Positions 1 through 13,845 of a stretch of 64,000 nucleotides of DNA are shown piece after piece. Both the position numbers and the translations under genes were made by a program. The stretch's first letter is position 1. Each line of letters starts with the position of its first letter. The notes below the pieces were generated by a model. The model was not told where the DNA came from. It saw only the letters and a list, made by a program, of their open reading frames with translations, and did not search any database. This DNA comes from Paragordius varius (taxonomy: Eukaryota; Animalia; Nematomorpha), in contig OZ176053.1 in NCBI GenBank assembly GCA_964247055.1, positions 2,170,001 to 2,234,000 on the forward strand, given 5' to 3'.

Positions 1-209
1 CAAAGTTGTTGTCCATTATTTATTTATTTTTTGTGTCTTTTTTTTAGTATATGGTTGTAAATTAATTAAATTGTGTTCGACATGGTTTAAACCACTCTCA
101 ATGACAAATGGTTTTAACTTATCATTTGTTAAGAAAAAAACAACAATAAACGTTTTTAAAAAATTGTATATAAAGAACCATTTTATCCATACTCATTTAT
201 ATAATTTTT

Positions 210-258
210 TTTACGCTGAGGACGGACACACGTTAAAATGTCCGAAACCGTTCGAATT
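210..258 (+). ncRNA. Hammerhead-ribozyme-like motif (Penelope-type, degenerate)
   Basis: CTGAGGA at 216-222, one extra C, perfect stem GGACA(224-228)/TGTCC(239-243), then GAAAC (244-248) and a near-palindromic ACCGT. Stems I and III are weak. Confidence 0.4.
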
Positions 259-809
259 TTATTTATTCTATGACACGTTTTAAATATTCCATATTTTTAT
301 ACTATTCACGTGTCGAAAATAATTTATATTGTTCAGTTAATACAATAGCATTTGTTATAAAAACAAATTCATAATATAAAAAGCAATGTTGTTTAAGTTC
401 AACATTTTGTTGTTTTTTTCCAAAACCTACTGTGTTGCCAATTAACCAACTTTAATGTGAATAAACCAGTCTAATTATATATACTGTAAAAGTTGTTTTT
501 TAAAGTAAAAATTAAAATTATACAGAGACAAAACGGTTTAAAATTAAAAAGCCATTCTGGTTTTGGTAGAGACATGTTGGTATATATATTTATAATATAA
601 CTTAAATTTGTTTTATAGTTTATGTGGTAACAGATCAAGGTTGAAAAAGTATGGTTGTATTTTTGAATAGCTGTCTTTAAATTTCTGCGTTTTGCCTGTA
701 TAATTTCTATTTTTACTTTATAGTTATTATCAATGATTATAGGAATATTACTACAACAATTATATATTTAAAAATTATGGATTTGAAAGTGTTGGAACTA
801 AAATTATCA

Positions 810-1303
810 CTTCGATTCGAATTGAGGTATCTAAATACCCTACATAATATTATGTTGATATTTAAAAAAACTACTGAAAAAAACGGTTCCAACTTATATT
901 TATGCTTCTATCCTAATAAAAATGATATAAATAGTCAAAATATCTAAAAAAAAAGTTTTGGAAAAAAAGTTCCGTATCAAACTACTTGGACGCCATTTTT
1001 TAACAACGTTATTGCAAAATATCGTGTTATTCAATTCTAAGCCAAATCTACTTTTTTTATTAACATATTTAGCATTGATCAGAAAAAGTGGTATATTTTT
1101 TATATTTTGCCTACAGATGTCATCTTTGCTAAATTTTTACCTTTAGGTTTAACATAATAAGTATCAAGTATTTTTGAATAATTTTTTTTTATTATATTTC
1201 GGTTTATTAATTTTATATAAGTGGTTTCAATTTAATATATATTTTTTAAAATATTTAATTTTAAACAAGCTTGGGGAATTTAACAACCCAAATTGAATCG
1301 AAG
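810..1303. mobile_element. MITE family E copy
   Basis: Aligns along its length with 9744-10275. Confidence 0.78.
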
Positions 1304-1640
1304 GACAGAAATGAATGAGCTGTATATCAGCTAATCATGCAATTTTCATATGTGCTTACATTAATCCGTCAAAACTAAAGTATACGGTTAGGCATAAAAT
1401 AATTGTTGTAGGATATCTTACGAAAAACGAATATTGCTTCAATTTTTACATAACAAAAGTTTTAACAATATAAACACATCTTTATTGGACGTAGACATAT
1501 ATTCAAATTATATGATTACTATTTTAGTCAATAAATTGATAACATTACGTTTAGCTATGTTAAAATAATAATTTGAATTCTCTTATCAACTTATTTGTTA
1601 ATTATATTATATCTTAAGTCCCCCAAAAAAATTGTTTGTT

Positions 1641-4443
1641 CTAACCTTTAGATTTTAACTTGGTTTTCTTAGTTTCGTGTGATGCAGCAGACCCCTCATC
1701 TCCCACTGTCAATTTATTTGAATCAGGGATATTTTTGTTTTGAGCAACAGTAGTTAGTATACACTCGTTCGGAGCCAATTCAACATATTCATCAGTAATG
1801 TCGATGGATTGAATGGTAGGGAATATGGTTTTTGCACTGGCCCCCATTTTAGGTTGTTTTCGGGTGGATAAAAGAGGTGAGGGTAACTTTCCTACTCGTC
1901 CTGTATGGCCACCAGAAGGGAGGAAATGGCTAAAGAATGATGATGTACTTGAACTTTTGTGTGATTTATTTAACAACAACGGCGAATTGTTTGAGCACGG
2001 TTTACCAATAATAATAGATGGTCGCTTTTTCCCTCCATGATGTGTTTGTAATGTAGTACTTCCCCCACTTTCGCTACTGCTTGAAATAAAGGTTGTTCCA
2101 TCTACTGATATTGTGGGTATGACATCAGGTGTTTGAGATCGATATCGGCCCTCAAAAGGTAACATTTGAAGGGGTGTACCTATTACATTTATGGAAAAAA
2201 GCTAAACCAATTACTAACCATAACCATTCATGGTAATGCTGAAAGAATGTCGGCATGCACAGCTTATATATACAGTAAAAACTGAAATTATACGGACAAA
2301 ACGTAAAAATATTTTTTTCTAAAAGACAACCATACTTTTTATCTTGATTCATTTCAATATAAATCATTTTAAATGACAAAGGGTGAAAAAGAAATATATA
2401 ATACTAACGCAATCAATTCTATATTTTACTATTGTAACTAAGTAGCTTATATGGGAACGTTAAGGTTTTTAAAAGTATGGTTGTCTTTTAAAAAAAATTT
2501 ATCTTTATATTTTTACGTTTTGTCCGTATAATTTCAATATTCAGTGTAAATGTAAAATTTTATTTTATTGACTATTTGAAGTGGCACAAAAAAACTTTTA
2601 CCTTAAGCCTCGCAATTAAGAGTGTATGTTTTGTTATTTTTCTATTTTAATGTTAACTTTGTGAACGAATATGGTTATCAAAAAAGTATTTAGCAACAAT
2701 TTAAAGTAGGTTTAATGTATACAACATGGTGGCGAGTCGCCTTTAAAATTTAGGCGGTTTATTAAATATTTTTTTATTGGAACACTGTAAAATATCCGAA
2801 ACAAAAATTCTTCTGCCATTTCATTATGCCAAAATGGAAAGACTTTTAAGAATTTTATTATATTCATGAATTTTTCCAAATTTTTTGCGAGTGCCAAACA
2901 TCTTTAATATAGACCAAATTATTTACGTTTGCATAACATTTTTAGTGTTGATATGTAAATATAATAAGCTGGACATACTTGTTATATTGGTACTCATAGC
3001 GCCATCCTTATTCGCCACTAATGTCAAGCAAGGCGTAGAAGGAGGTGAGGCTGATGTTGTATGTCTTCGCTTTCTTGATTTTTGATTCAAACAACTTCCT
3101 TGGGTGGTCTGCTGAGTGGATGGTACAAAGTTTTGAAAAACTTTTTTCTTGAGCGAAGATTGACGACTACTATTATCCGTTTTAGTATGGTTATAATTGT
3201 AAAATGGGGGCGGCGTAACACTTACAGATCGTTCGGGGTATGCAAATGCAGGCATAGATGTTTTATGGGTAGGTAGGGCGGTTTTCTTTGGACGTGTATA
3301 ACTATATAGACGTGTAAAAATTTATTTTAAGAACTTTGAATGTAAAAACTTGAAATGTAAGAATCGAAATATATTTTGGTCTTTGATTTTCTTTATAAAA
3401 CTATTTGAATAAAATTTGCTAAATAAATTAAGTGTTATTCTATTTCGATTATGTAATACCGATATATATATATATATATAGAAAGGAGATTAAAAAAATA
3501 ATGTGTATTTTCTTAAAAAATGTTAGTCTTTAACTTTGAATTATTTATTTAAATTGTTTAATTAATAATTACTATGGTAAAGCAAGTGTTGAAGGTAGTT
3601 TAAGATCTTTACATTCCAATATATGTATTTCCAAAGACATGACGGAGCTCTTGTAATGAATCGATAGCAATATTTGTCCTGTGGTGAAAGTTGTTGATTG
3701 AGGGGCATACATATTTAAATGTGCATTATTTCCCATTAATCCATTAGACCTGGCGTAGGGTAAAATGTCTCCCTCAGAAGTAACACCCCCAAAACTTTTA
3801 TTTTGGAAGAGGGTTGGATTATACCCCAAATAAGAGTGGTAATTATCCACATTGCTGGTATTTGAGGAGCTGTGGTGTGATGTTCGACCATACATCAATT
3901 TATTATTAGGGTTTGCCATGGCTTCGTAATTTGAGGGTGGGACATCTAAGGTCGAAGCTTTTGCCTTACCAATCCCCATTTGGTTTGTGGTAACAACAGC
4001 TAGACCACCTTGATTTGGTAAAACAATTTTATTGGAGCTCTCTCCTTGGAGTAGCAATCGTTGAGACGAATATTTAGAGGGTTGAGCCAATAAATTTTCA
4101 TTTTTAGCCGATTCATGATCGGCTACAATATCCTTAGCATCTAACTTTTTCCTGGAGCTTTCAAGAGTCACAGGTATTGTTGTTGTTGAGGGATGGAATA
4201 ATTTGGTCATAGAACTAAATATGCTTACACTACCATCGGATCGACCATGTTCTCCACCTTTTAACATGTGCGTTTGTCCGGGTTGACTCAAATATTTTTT
4301 GTCACCCTCTAAGGTATCACCAACTATATGGATTGATTTCATCTTTTCAATTGGAATCTCATTTGGATGTGAATATCGTTTATGCGCCATTAACGATGCA
4401 TTTATGTCATCAGATATGTAGGACACCCGTGGAGAACTAAATC

Positions 4444-4512
<69 letters not shown>

Positions 4513-7500
4513 CTATGGTTTGCATAAAATTATAAAAATTTGTCCAAAATTGTAAGTTTTATAAATAAATACTTATAAAATAACCATGATAAATGAAAAT
4601 TGTAAAATTTGTGTATCTATCATACCTATTCCCATAGTATTGACCTCTGGGAGAATATTTTTGCCCCAGCGCTGCAGCAAACGCTAATTCTATATCAGTA
4701 TCCGTACTTCGTGAGCTTTTAGCCGAGCTTGCGGTTGAGATTTGACGAAAACTTTGATGAAGACCAGGATAATTTGTATCCCGACTAGCTGGGCTTCGAC
4801 CAGATCTTTGTTGGCTGCTGGGATTCCCAACAGTTTCATTTTTGTGGTTGTGAGAAACCGTGGATATAGCGTTAATTGTATGGGCATCATCGATTGCACC
4901 TTGCTTCTTGAGAGCGTACCTAATATATCCACATGATTATAAACGTTTTCTGTAAATTAGTTAGTGATATTATCTGTTGAATGGTAAAATGTTTTTTGTT
5001 TTTACAACCTGTACATAGCATTTCTATAACTATTAAATTTAGTTATATTCAAACATTTATATAATCACATAAAACTATGGTTTTTTTAAAAAAGAGTTAA
5101 TCAAAATCAAAACACCTTTGCTGTTTAGTTAGCGATGTTTGACTGTCTTGGGAGCCACCGTTTGTGCCATTTATTTTGGTGGAAGAAGCAAAAGATGAAC
5201 TGTCTGTAGTTAAATGAGTCTTGAGCAAATTTACAATTGGCCGTTTTCGTTCTCTTCCATTGCTAAATGGATCGGATTTATTTGGTTGCTGCGATAGTGT
5301 ATTCGGTTCAAATGAACCCGGACTGCGATCGGTTGATGTTATCGAGGATGATTTCCCTATCATAATTATAATTATCCATGCAAATGTAAGTTAAAAAAAT
5401 CATGTTTTATCAATCGTCTGCACTTTATTATTGTGTGATTGATAGATTAGTATTACAAACGTTTTACTTACTTTATATATATTTATATTGATATTAACAT
5501 TTCAGTTATTTTTGATTAAATTTTGTTACTTAACGCATAGTATAGAGATTAATTATGGCATTGTTACCAGCACATCGTGTAAATCATAATGTGCGTATGA
5601 TTGCCATTTTCGATTCGGAAAATATAGAAAATTTAAAATTATTTAATTAACTAATAGTTCTAAAAAGGATTAGAGTTGATTTATGCATTGTAAAAACGTA
5701 ATCTCAATACATTTTTGCTTATATATTAGAACGCTAATAAATTTCTTACCTTCTGGAAGTTGACTTAACCGTTGATATTCGTTGCGTTTGGTCTGGGCAT
5801 CACTTACAATTGATTTTCCTGGCATAAGTAAATATTTCCCATATATATTTTTCATTGATCCTGTACCAGCTTCGGTTTCGGCATTGCGAATAAGTTGCCT
5901 AATGCGAGTGGTTGCATTATGAATGGTTAAATTAAGTTTATTTCTTATTGATATGATAGAATCACTAAATTTTCTTCTGTGCTTAAGTGATTGTTTGTAT
6001 TGTTCCAAATAATTTTCATCACTGATTTGATTAGAGGATGGAAGTATGGTTAAAAGACCATTTACTGAGGTAGTGTTGTGTCCATTGTTTTTAAATAATG
6101 GGCTATTTAGCATAGTGAATTGATCTGAAAAATTCTTATTATTTGTTTCAGATATTGTAATGTCCTCTAATTTACGATTATGTTTTAACGAAGAAAACTT
6201 AGGTAAAACAAATGTTTGATTTGCGTTTACCCCAGTTTCCGTAGTTAGCGATATTTCATCCATATTCAAAGGAATTAAAGGTTCTGGCAGGGAAAATCTG
6301 CGTTTAATTACCATACGTTTTAGTACGTTATTTGTGATGTGCTTTGTATCAAAAATTGTGTCAGGTCTAGTATCTCCACCTTTTTCCAGAGAAGTTGGGG
6401 GCGAAGATAAAATATTTGCTTCTGTAGCAGTACTTGTTAAGCGATTCGGGTCTTGTTGTATGAAATAATTTTCAGTGCTTTCATCTACACTTTTTAGGGC
6501 ATCATCATTACTTTTATGCATTTTGTACAACGTGTAACGTTTTGTCTTTCCTTCCCGGGATGTGGAGTTGTTGTGATACAATCGGGCATACAACAAACTC
6601 CTCAATAAGCTTTGACGGTCTAAACGCCGGGATAGTGGTATCACGGGGTGTTTATCTGATTCTTGTACAATATAACTATCATATTGATTTGAGGATTTTT
6701 CAACTTTTTTTCCGTTGGTTGTTTGGGCCGTTTCCATCATATTTTGATTGGGATCAATAAAGTTCATTCTATTGGCTGAATAGTCATGATTTTTTAGCGC
6801 ATTAGATATACAAAATTGACCATTCTCATCCAAGTCTACAATGTGTTGGGGGACATAATATGGATACGGAATCATGTGATGTAGAAACCAGGTAAGGCTT
6901 ACATCTGGATTAAACCATAGCATAGAGCTGCTATTATCCATATCTAATATGTCATTCTGGGAATTGTCTAATATTTTCGTGGTAGATGTATTACTATTTA
7001 CACTTTGTTCATCATAATTACTCCTGTTGTTTTCTTCCATTATATCATTAAGCTTGGCATTGATGGGATAATTATTTGGTAATGTTTGTATGTTGGTTGT
7101 AGTTTCATCATTTAATCTATCAAACATTTTGCCAACCTAAGAAAGAATATATTATGCAAATGGAACAAATATCGAAACATATACACAAGGTTACCAAATT
7201 AGTCAATAAATTTTTGTTTGCCATTCTAAATAAAGTTATATCAGTGTGTTTAATGATCCGTTTTTATTATGATGAATTTGTCAATGCTTTTGCAGAAGAA
7301 AATCATAAAAAATATGTATGGAATATTTCAAAACCGTGATCACAAACTGTAAAATTTCTTTTGATCAAACAAAAAAAGAGTTGATGCCAACCTTCCAAGC
7401 ATTTCAAAAGCTATAAAATAGTTTTGGATTTTGTTAATATAGCGAATTGAATACTGCTTTTTTAAAAGTTGAATTTTATTACTGAAAGAGGTTTATATAA

Positions 7501-10500
7501 TTAATAAATATATTTATATTTGGCATCAATACTATTATAAAAATTAAATATTTCGATTATTTTATTAATTATTAACTTTTGTATTCTTTAATCATTGTTA
7601 TGCACTCTCCTACAGAAAGAGTAATACAATTCAAATTAATCAGACAAACCGTAAAAAAACACAAAATTTTTTTTTACAAATGACAACCATACTTTTTAAA
7701 CCTTAAATTTTGCTGCCTAAACAAATTGACAATTTTTTGTCATATGATTGGAATTAACAATAATATGCCAAATTATTACAGGTTTATCTTTAGCAAACGT
7801 CAGCCATATATATTATATATATATATATATATATAATATATGTACGCAGACGATTATTATATAATAGACCCCATTTTGTTCAACAGACAGACACACATAA
7901 TTCACCAAAAGCTAGCGACTTTATTTAATCATTCAGTAATCACGTCAAAATAATGTTTGCGGCATGCAATCGTTTGCTGTCAAACAACATATGGTATGCT
8001 CTATCACTGATCACATGTGAACATTGTTTCAAATATAAAAATTTGTGTATAATATAAAAAATGCGGGCGCTCTGGTAGGCGACACTATCGAAGACGCTAA
8101 AGTGCAAGAGTTACTGGTTGACCCATTTCAAACTGAACAAAATGAGCAATGGTTTAGATCAAGGAACTCCATAAATGGGTGAATTTATATGAACCTCGAA
8201 TCGACAATCAAGTAACTTGGAAATCTTCTTCGCCATAAAAAAGAAATTTTTTGCATCAAATTCGGAAGGGTGATGAGAAATGGCCTTATTTCGTAAATCC
8301 AAAGCAGAAAATCATGGAATTTACTTTGCCAACCCTATACATTAACACACCAATGTGTAATCGATTCGGCAAGATATACCATGCTCGGGGTCAGGTGGGA
8401 CCAGAGAAATGTTTTGTATTATCTTTTGAAACCTGATATCGTTAATTCACAACCCCTACACCAATAGATTAATTAAAACAATACATTAATTGAAAAACGA
8501 CCATAATTGTCAGATATCGCAAAGTATTTTTCTACATAAACTGCTACGTTTCATATAGCAGAATACGTTAAAGCTGTAAAATTCGCTGAAATCTCTTCAC
8601 CTGACGCCATCTGGCTAACATAACTTCGCATCAATAGTCGAGCATCCTCGCAAAGTAGCGCTTCAATGATTTCGAAGGAAAACCGCTTGTAGAATTTACT
8701 TCAAAAAATAATAAATACTTGTGACCGGCATTAATATCTTACGTTAGAGATGGGAGAATTGTGAAGAAGCCGATGATGTCCAATTTTGATAAAAATAAAT
8801 GCTAATTTTCTTTCAAAATTAAGTGTTTTTTACATAAAAACCTGTAGGAACTTAATTCACCAGTTCTATTCGCCATTTGAACCACAAAATAATATGATTT
8901 AAAAAATCAAGGTTAAGGTATTTGCCTTAGTTTTTAATTTTTACTGTAAATCGCTTTTATAATTGAATAATTATTAAATCGTAAAAAATATTTTACGGTT
9001 TGTATGATAGATTGTCGAGCGGCTGTATGTGGACCTGTTTTTGACTCATCATTATTTTCTCGGTTAATGGGTGTCGTCACCACAGAAAAGGGTGATGAAC
9101 GCATTTCATCCACAGGTGTTAGCGTAGGTCTTCTCACAATACTCCCGACATTGCCATTTTTTAGGGATTCCGTTACTGGAATGTTTGAATTATGTGTGTT
9201 GGCTAGTAAATAATTTGGTTGAAATTTACATGTTGTCCACAAAGGAAGTGTAAAGAATGTAGATTGTTGATTGTAAGATTTTAGAGGACCACAGGGATTG
9301 GGAATGTTTCCAATTGAGGGCCTGATCCTACCATCATAAACTATGAGGGAAAAAATGTATGATGTTAAAAACGTATAATCAGTGGTTGGTAACCTGAACC
9401 AAAAAATTTTAAAGGGCAAAAAAATATTTTTCTTGTCTCAAAACGGCCATAATACCTATAAAATTATTCATGTTAGACACATTATATTTAATCCAAATAA
9501 ATAAATTTGATAATATATATTTAATAAATCATTCAGAGTCATAAAAAGCATTTTAAGGGTCGCGGTTTGAGTATCACTGGTGTACCATTTTAACAATTGC
9601 AGATAGATGTAAATTATACAGTAAATATTAAAAGTTTCTTGAACAAAAAAGGACAAATGTTGTATTATTTTTTGCAACCATACTTTGCAAACCTTGATTT
9701 TTCCCATATGGACGATTTATTACAATAATTTTATGTTTTAAAACTTCGATTCAAATTGGAGTATTAATTACCCCAGGCTAAATTTAAGTTAGGATTTTTA
9801 AAAAACTACTGAAGGAAACGGTCCCAATTTAAATTTGTGCTTCTATCCTAATAAATATTATATAAATTCCCAAAATATTAAAATATTTCGTTTTGAAAAA
9901 AATTCCATGTCAAACTACTTCGACGCCATTTTTATTTTACAACATTTTTGCAAAATATCGTTTTCCTTAATTTCAATGGTTAAAGCTAATTTTTTATTTA
10001 AATTACATCTAACATTGAAAGAAATAGAAAAAGTGGTTTATTTTATATTATGTTATTCAATTCCATTGCACACATGTCACGTTGACTAAATTTTTACCTT
10101 TATTTAGCTTAAAATAAGTCAAATCAAGTATTTTTGAAAAAAAATTTATATAATTCGGTTTATCAATGTTATATAAATACAAAACTTTGCCATGGTTTCG
10201 ATTCCCTCCATATTTTTTAAAGAACTTAATTTTAAACAGGCCTGGGGTATCCAACTACCCCAATTTGAATCGAAGGATTGAAATGAATGTGTGGTAGCCA
10301 AGTGTTAAATTAGTATATTATCAATTTAAACATCTCGGTTTATTTCGACACCCAAAATACTGAGTTATAGTTTAATTAATCAAAGAGTAAAAAGTAAGAT
10401 ATAGTTAGTTGCCTTTTTAAAAAAATATTTGTCTTATTATTTTATTTTGTTGTATGATAATAATTTAGCTATTCAATTACTGGAATCACAACAGTAATAA

Positions 10501-11341
10501 ATGTTTCTTAAAACTCAAACATTTTCAAACTTTACCTACGCAGACAGGATAAATATTGTTTAATATATCCGATATATCTAAGAAAGAAAAATTTAATTCA
10601 ACAGTTTTATTGATTATTTTTTGGTGTGTTACGGATAAAAAAAATTTTATAAAAAAATTAACGGTATAATACTTATAAATAAATTGTGGCTTTTAATTTA
10701 GTTACAAACAAGTGGTGAGATGATAACATCTGGCCTTGAAAATTAAATTTTTTGAAATATATTTATAATTTTTTTAAAAAAATATTTTCCGTTGTATAGT
10801 AGCCTCACTTTTTTTCATATGATATATTGTATTTAACATGTATTGGGAATTCAAAATATTAATTTAGTTTTAGTAGAGTTTTAATTTTTGATTGCTTTTT
10901 GATCGATCGAAAACTTAACATTTATTAAACCGATTTATACAATTCAGTTTTAGTAATTAATTTTTGACACAAAACAAAAGAATTATTAGTTAGGTATTTT
11001 AATAAATGAAAGATCGATTTCCCATATAAATATTGTAATTAAATAATATATATATATATTATATATATTTAATATTAAATTAAAATTATTTGGATTTAAA
11101 TAAAAGTTTGTTAAAAAAATTATAATAAATCTAACCTTGTATGTTATCGGTTTGGGGGTTCGAATGAAAATCATTCAATGTTTGAGCTAATCCATTGTGG
11201 AATGAATTTAAGGATAAATCTTTCTGGTGTTTTTGTTTATAAAACCAATCGCCAGATTTACAAGCATATTCCCTGAATAGTGTAGGACAAACAAATTATT
11301 TATTTTATATGTCCAATAAAAATAATAAATTACAATTATTG

Positions 11342-11377
<36 letters not shown>

Positions 11378-13767
11378 AAACTTATACTTTTATAAATATG
11401 TCAGCCTTTATAAATGATGAGACAAATATTGGATCTAAAAGTTGTATCACCTCAAAAAAAGTAAGCACGTTAAATATTTGACTTATATTTCTTTGCCATA
11501 AATATAAAAAAATAAAAAAATGATATAAAATTTAGTTTATGTTCTCTTCTCTTATTTTATTATATATAATAAAATAAAAATAACGAAACATCAAAGATAT
11601 TCCGATTGGAATTTTACTAATAATAAATCCTTATTCCTCAAAGAAAAAATAAAATTGATAGTTTCAATCGACAAAAATCTAAAATTAATTTGTGATTTTT
11701 TTAACACTAAATTAGATTTATAAATGTTTCACGGTGTTATTAGATACTTTATTACATTAAAGAAAATATTCTTAAAATAAAAATATAATGTTTATAGCCA
11801 TGATTCACTATACTGTATCTATCATCATTATAACGCTTTTATTGCTATAAACATGCCATGTTAAATTTGTCCAAAAAAAATTTGATTAAAATTTATTTAG
11901 GAGCATTAATTAGTGGAATAAAAAAATAATTAAAATTTATCATGTGTGTCATCATTAGGGACACATAAAATTTTTTTTGCAAAATAAAGTATTTTTTTCC
12001 TTATTTTCAGTCACTATAAAGTATTAGTATTACGGTATGGTATAGATTTAAAAGAGATCCAAATTAATGTTTTGCAAACTATTTATTAGGGACCATGTTA
12101 TCATTATAATAAATATGCAGTTGTTATGATACGTAAAAAATGTTCCCACAATAAATTAGGAAAATATCTTATGAATATTAATGAGCAAAAATAGATAGAT
12201 CCGTTGAAATTTAGCCATTTTTATGAGATATTTACGAAAAAAATGTGTCAAATTTTTTTGGTAAAAAATATAAGGCATCCTCTCCCTTTCAACACATCTT
12301 GAAATTTATTACAGTATTTAATGTGCAATTAAATTTTATTTCCATAATGTTTCAATAATTACTATTTAAAGATGCATCTTACGTTTATTCCAATATTTGG
12401 CTCTCAATATTTAAAAATACATACATATAATAAAGCTAACGAAAAAACCGCATTTAAAACTAACCACCTGTATATTCATATACTTTATAAATAATTTATA
12501 CTAGTATCGTATCACCTGCGAGAGAGCTGATAAAATACATATATTGGATTTAGGCTAAAAAACCAATAATTTTATACGTTTTAACCAAAATATTATTTAT
12601 TTATTTAGTGAGTAGAGACAGATAGACAGACAAGACAAAGTCAATGAGTTAAAATATTTATAAGTCTATTTGATAATAATAATGATAAAGGTTAATGTTC
12701 TAATCCATAGAAACAATCCTAGAAAATTATGGTGGTGAACTTTAGTTAAATTACTGAGCTAAATCATTAAATGAAAACAAAGTATTTGAAAAATTATTTA
12801 GGTGTTATCACATAAAAAAAAGTATTAAATTTTACACACTTAATATACTTAAATAAAAGAGAATTCAATATGTCCTTTATCACAAATATATAATTTTACT
12901 GTACAGATAATTTGGTAATTTACACTCATAAATGACCATAGTTACATGGCTTAATGAATTATTTTTATTGCTAAGAATGGCCACAAAGATGCTGGTTTTA
13001 TAAAATAAGCTTTTGTTTTATCAATCATTTCTTTATTAATGTTCATTATCCTCACAGCCTTTTAATTTAAGGTCATAATGACAGGTGTGTTTTCGAATGA
13101 TTTTTGACTCCCCTACCCCTCTATTATTGAATCAAAAAAAAACTATGAAATCAAATTGAATTGAAACAATATAGCTACATTTACATCAAACAAATATTGT
13201 TTTACTGCATGAGAATAAGCGCTATATAGCAAAAAAGAAAATAGACAGACAGAGGTTTTATTAATTAAAAAAGGATAGGACACACATATAAAAACATTTT
13301 TTAATTGTTTGTGTTCATTATATTGATTAACTAGATCTATCAAAGCAGGTCTATGTCATACAACCATATAAAAATAAATGAGCACTCAACTGTATTTCAT
13401 CAATCAAAATAATGCCTTTTTTTCTACGTAATTTGAAAGAATATTATTTTAATTTTGTAGCAAAAATCGAAATTATACGGCGGATAAAACGTAGAGAAAT
13501 ATGAGGACAAATATTTTTTTTACAAAAGACAAAACTTTTTTAATGTGAACTTTATGTTCTCTTTTATAAATTTTAATTACAATTTGTAAAATATATAATT
13601 CATTGTCTTAACAATATAAAATTTTATATCACACCCTGCAATTTGAAACACGTTAAATTATGGAGGAAAAAAAATTTTGATTTAAAAAGTATGGTTTTGC
13701 CTTTTAGAAAAAAATATTGGTCTTTATATTTTTACGTTTTGTCCGTAAAATATTTTTACTGTATATA

Positions 13768-13845
<78 letters not shown>

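Noticed and set aside
1813-2040. ORFs antisense or out of frame to real exons (also 4690-4936, 6542-6760, 9004-9213, 14966-15172, 16297-16536, 18489-18713, 39701-39916)
   Set aside because: Shadow frames of the GC-richer Slp, GPCR and syntrophin exons; no motifs of their own.
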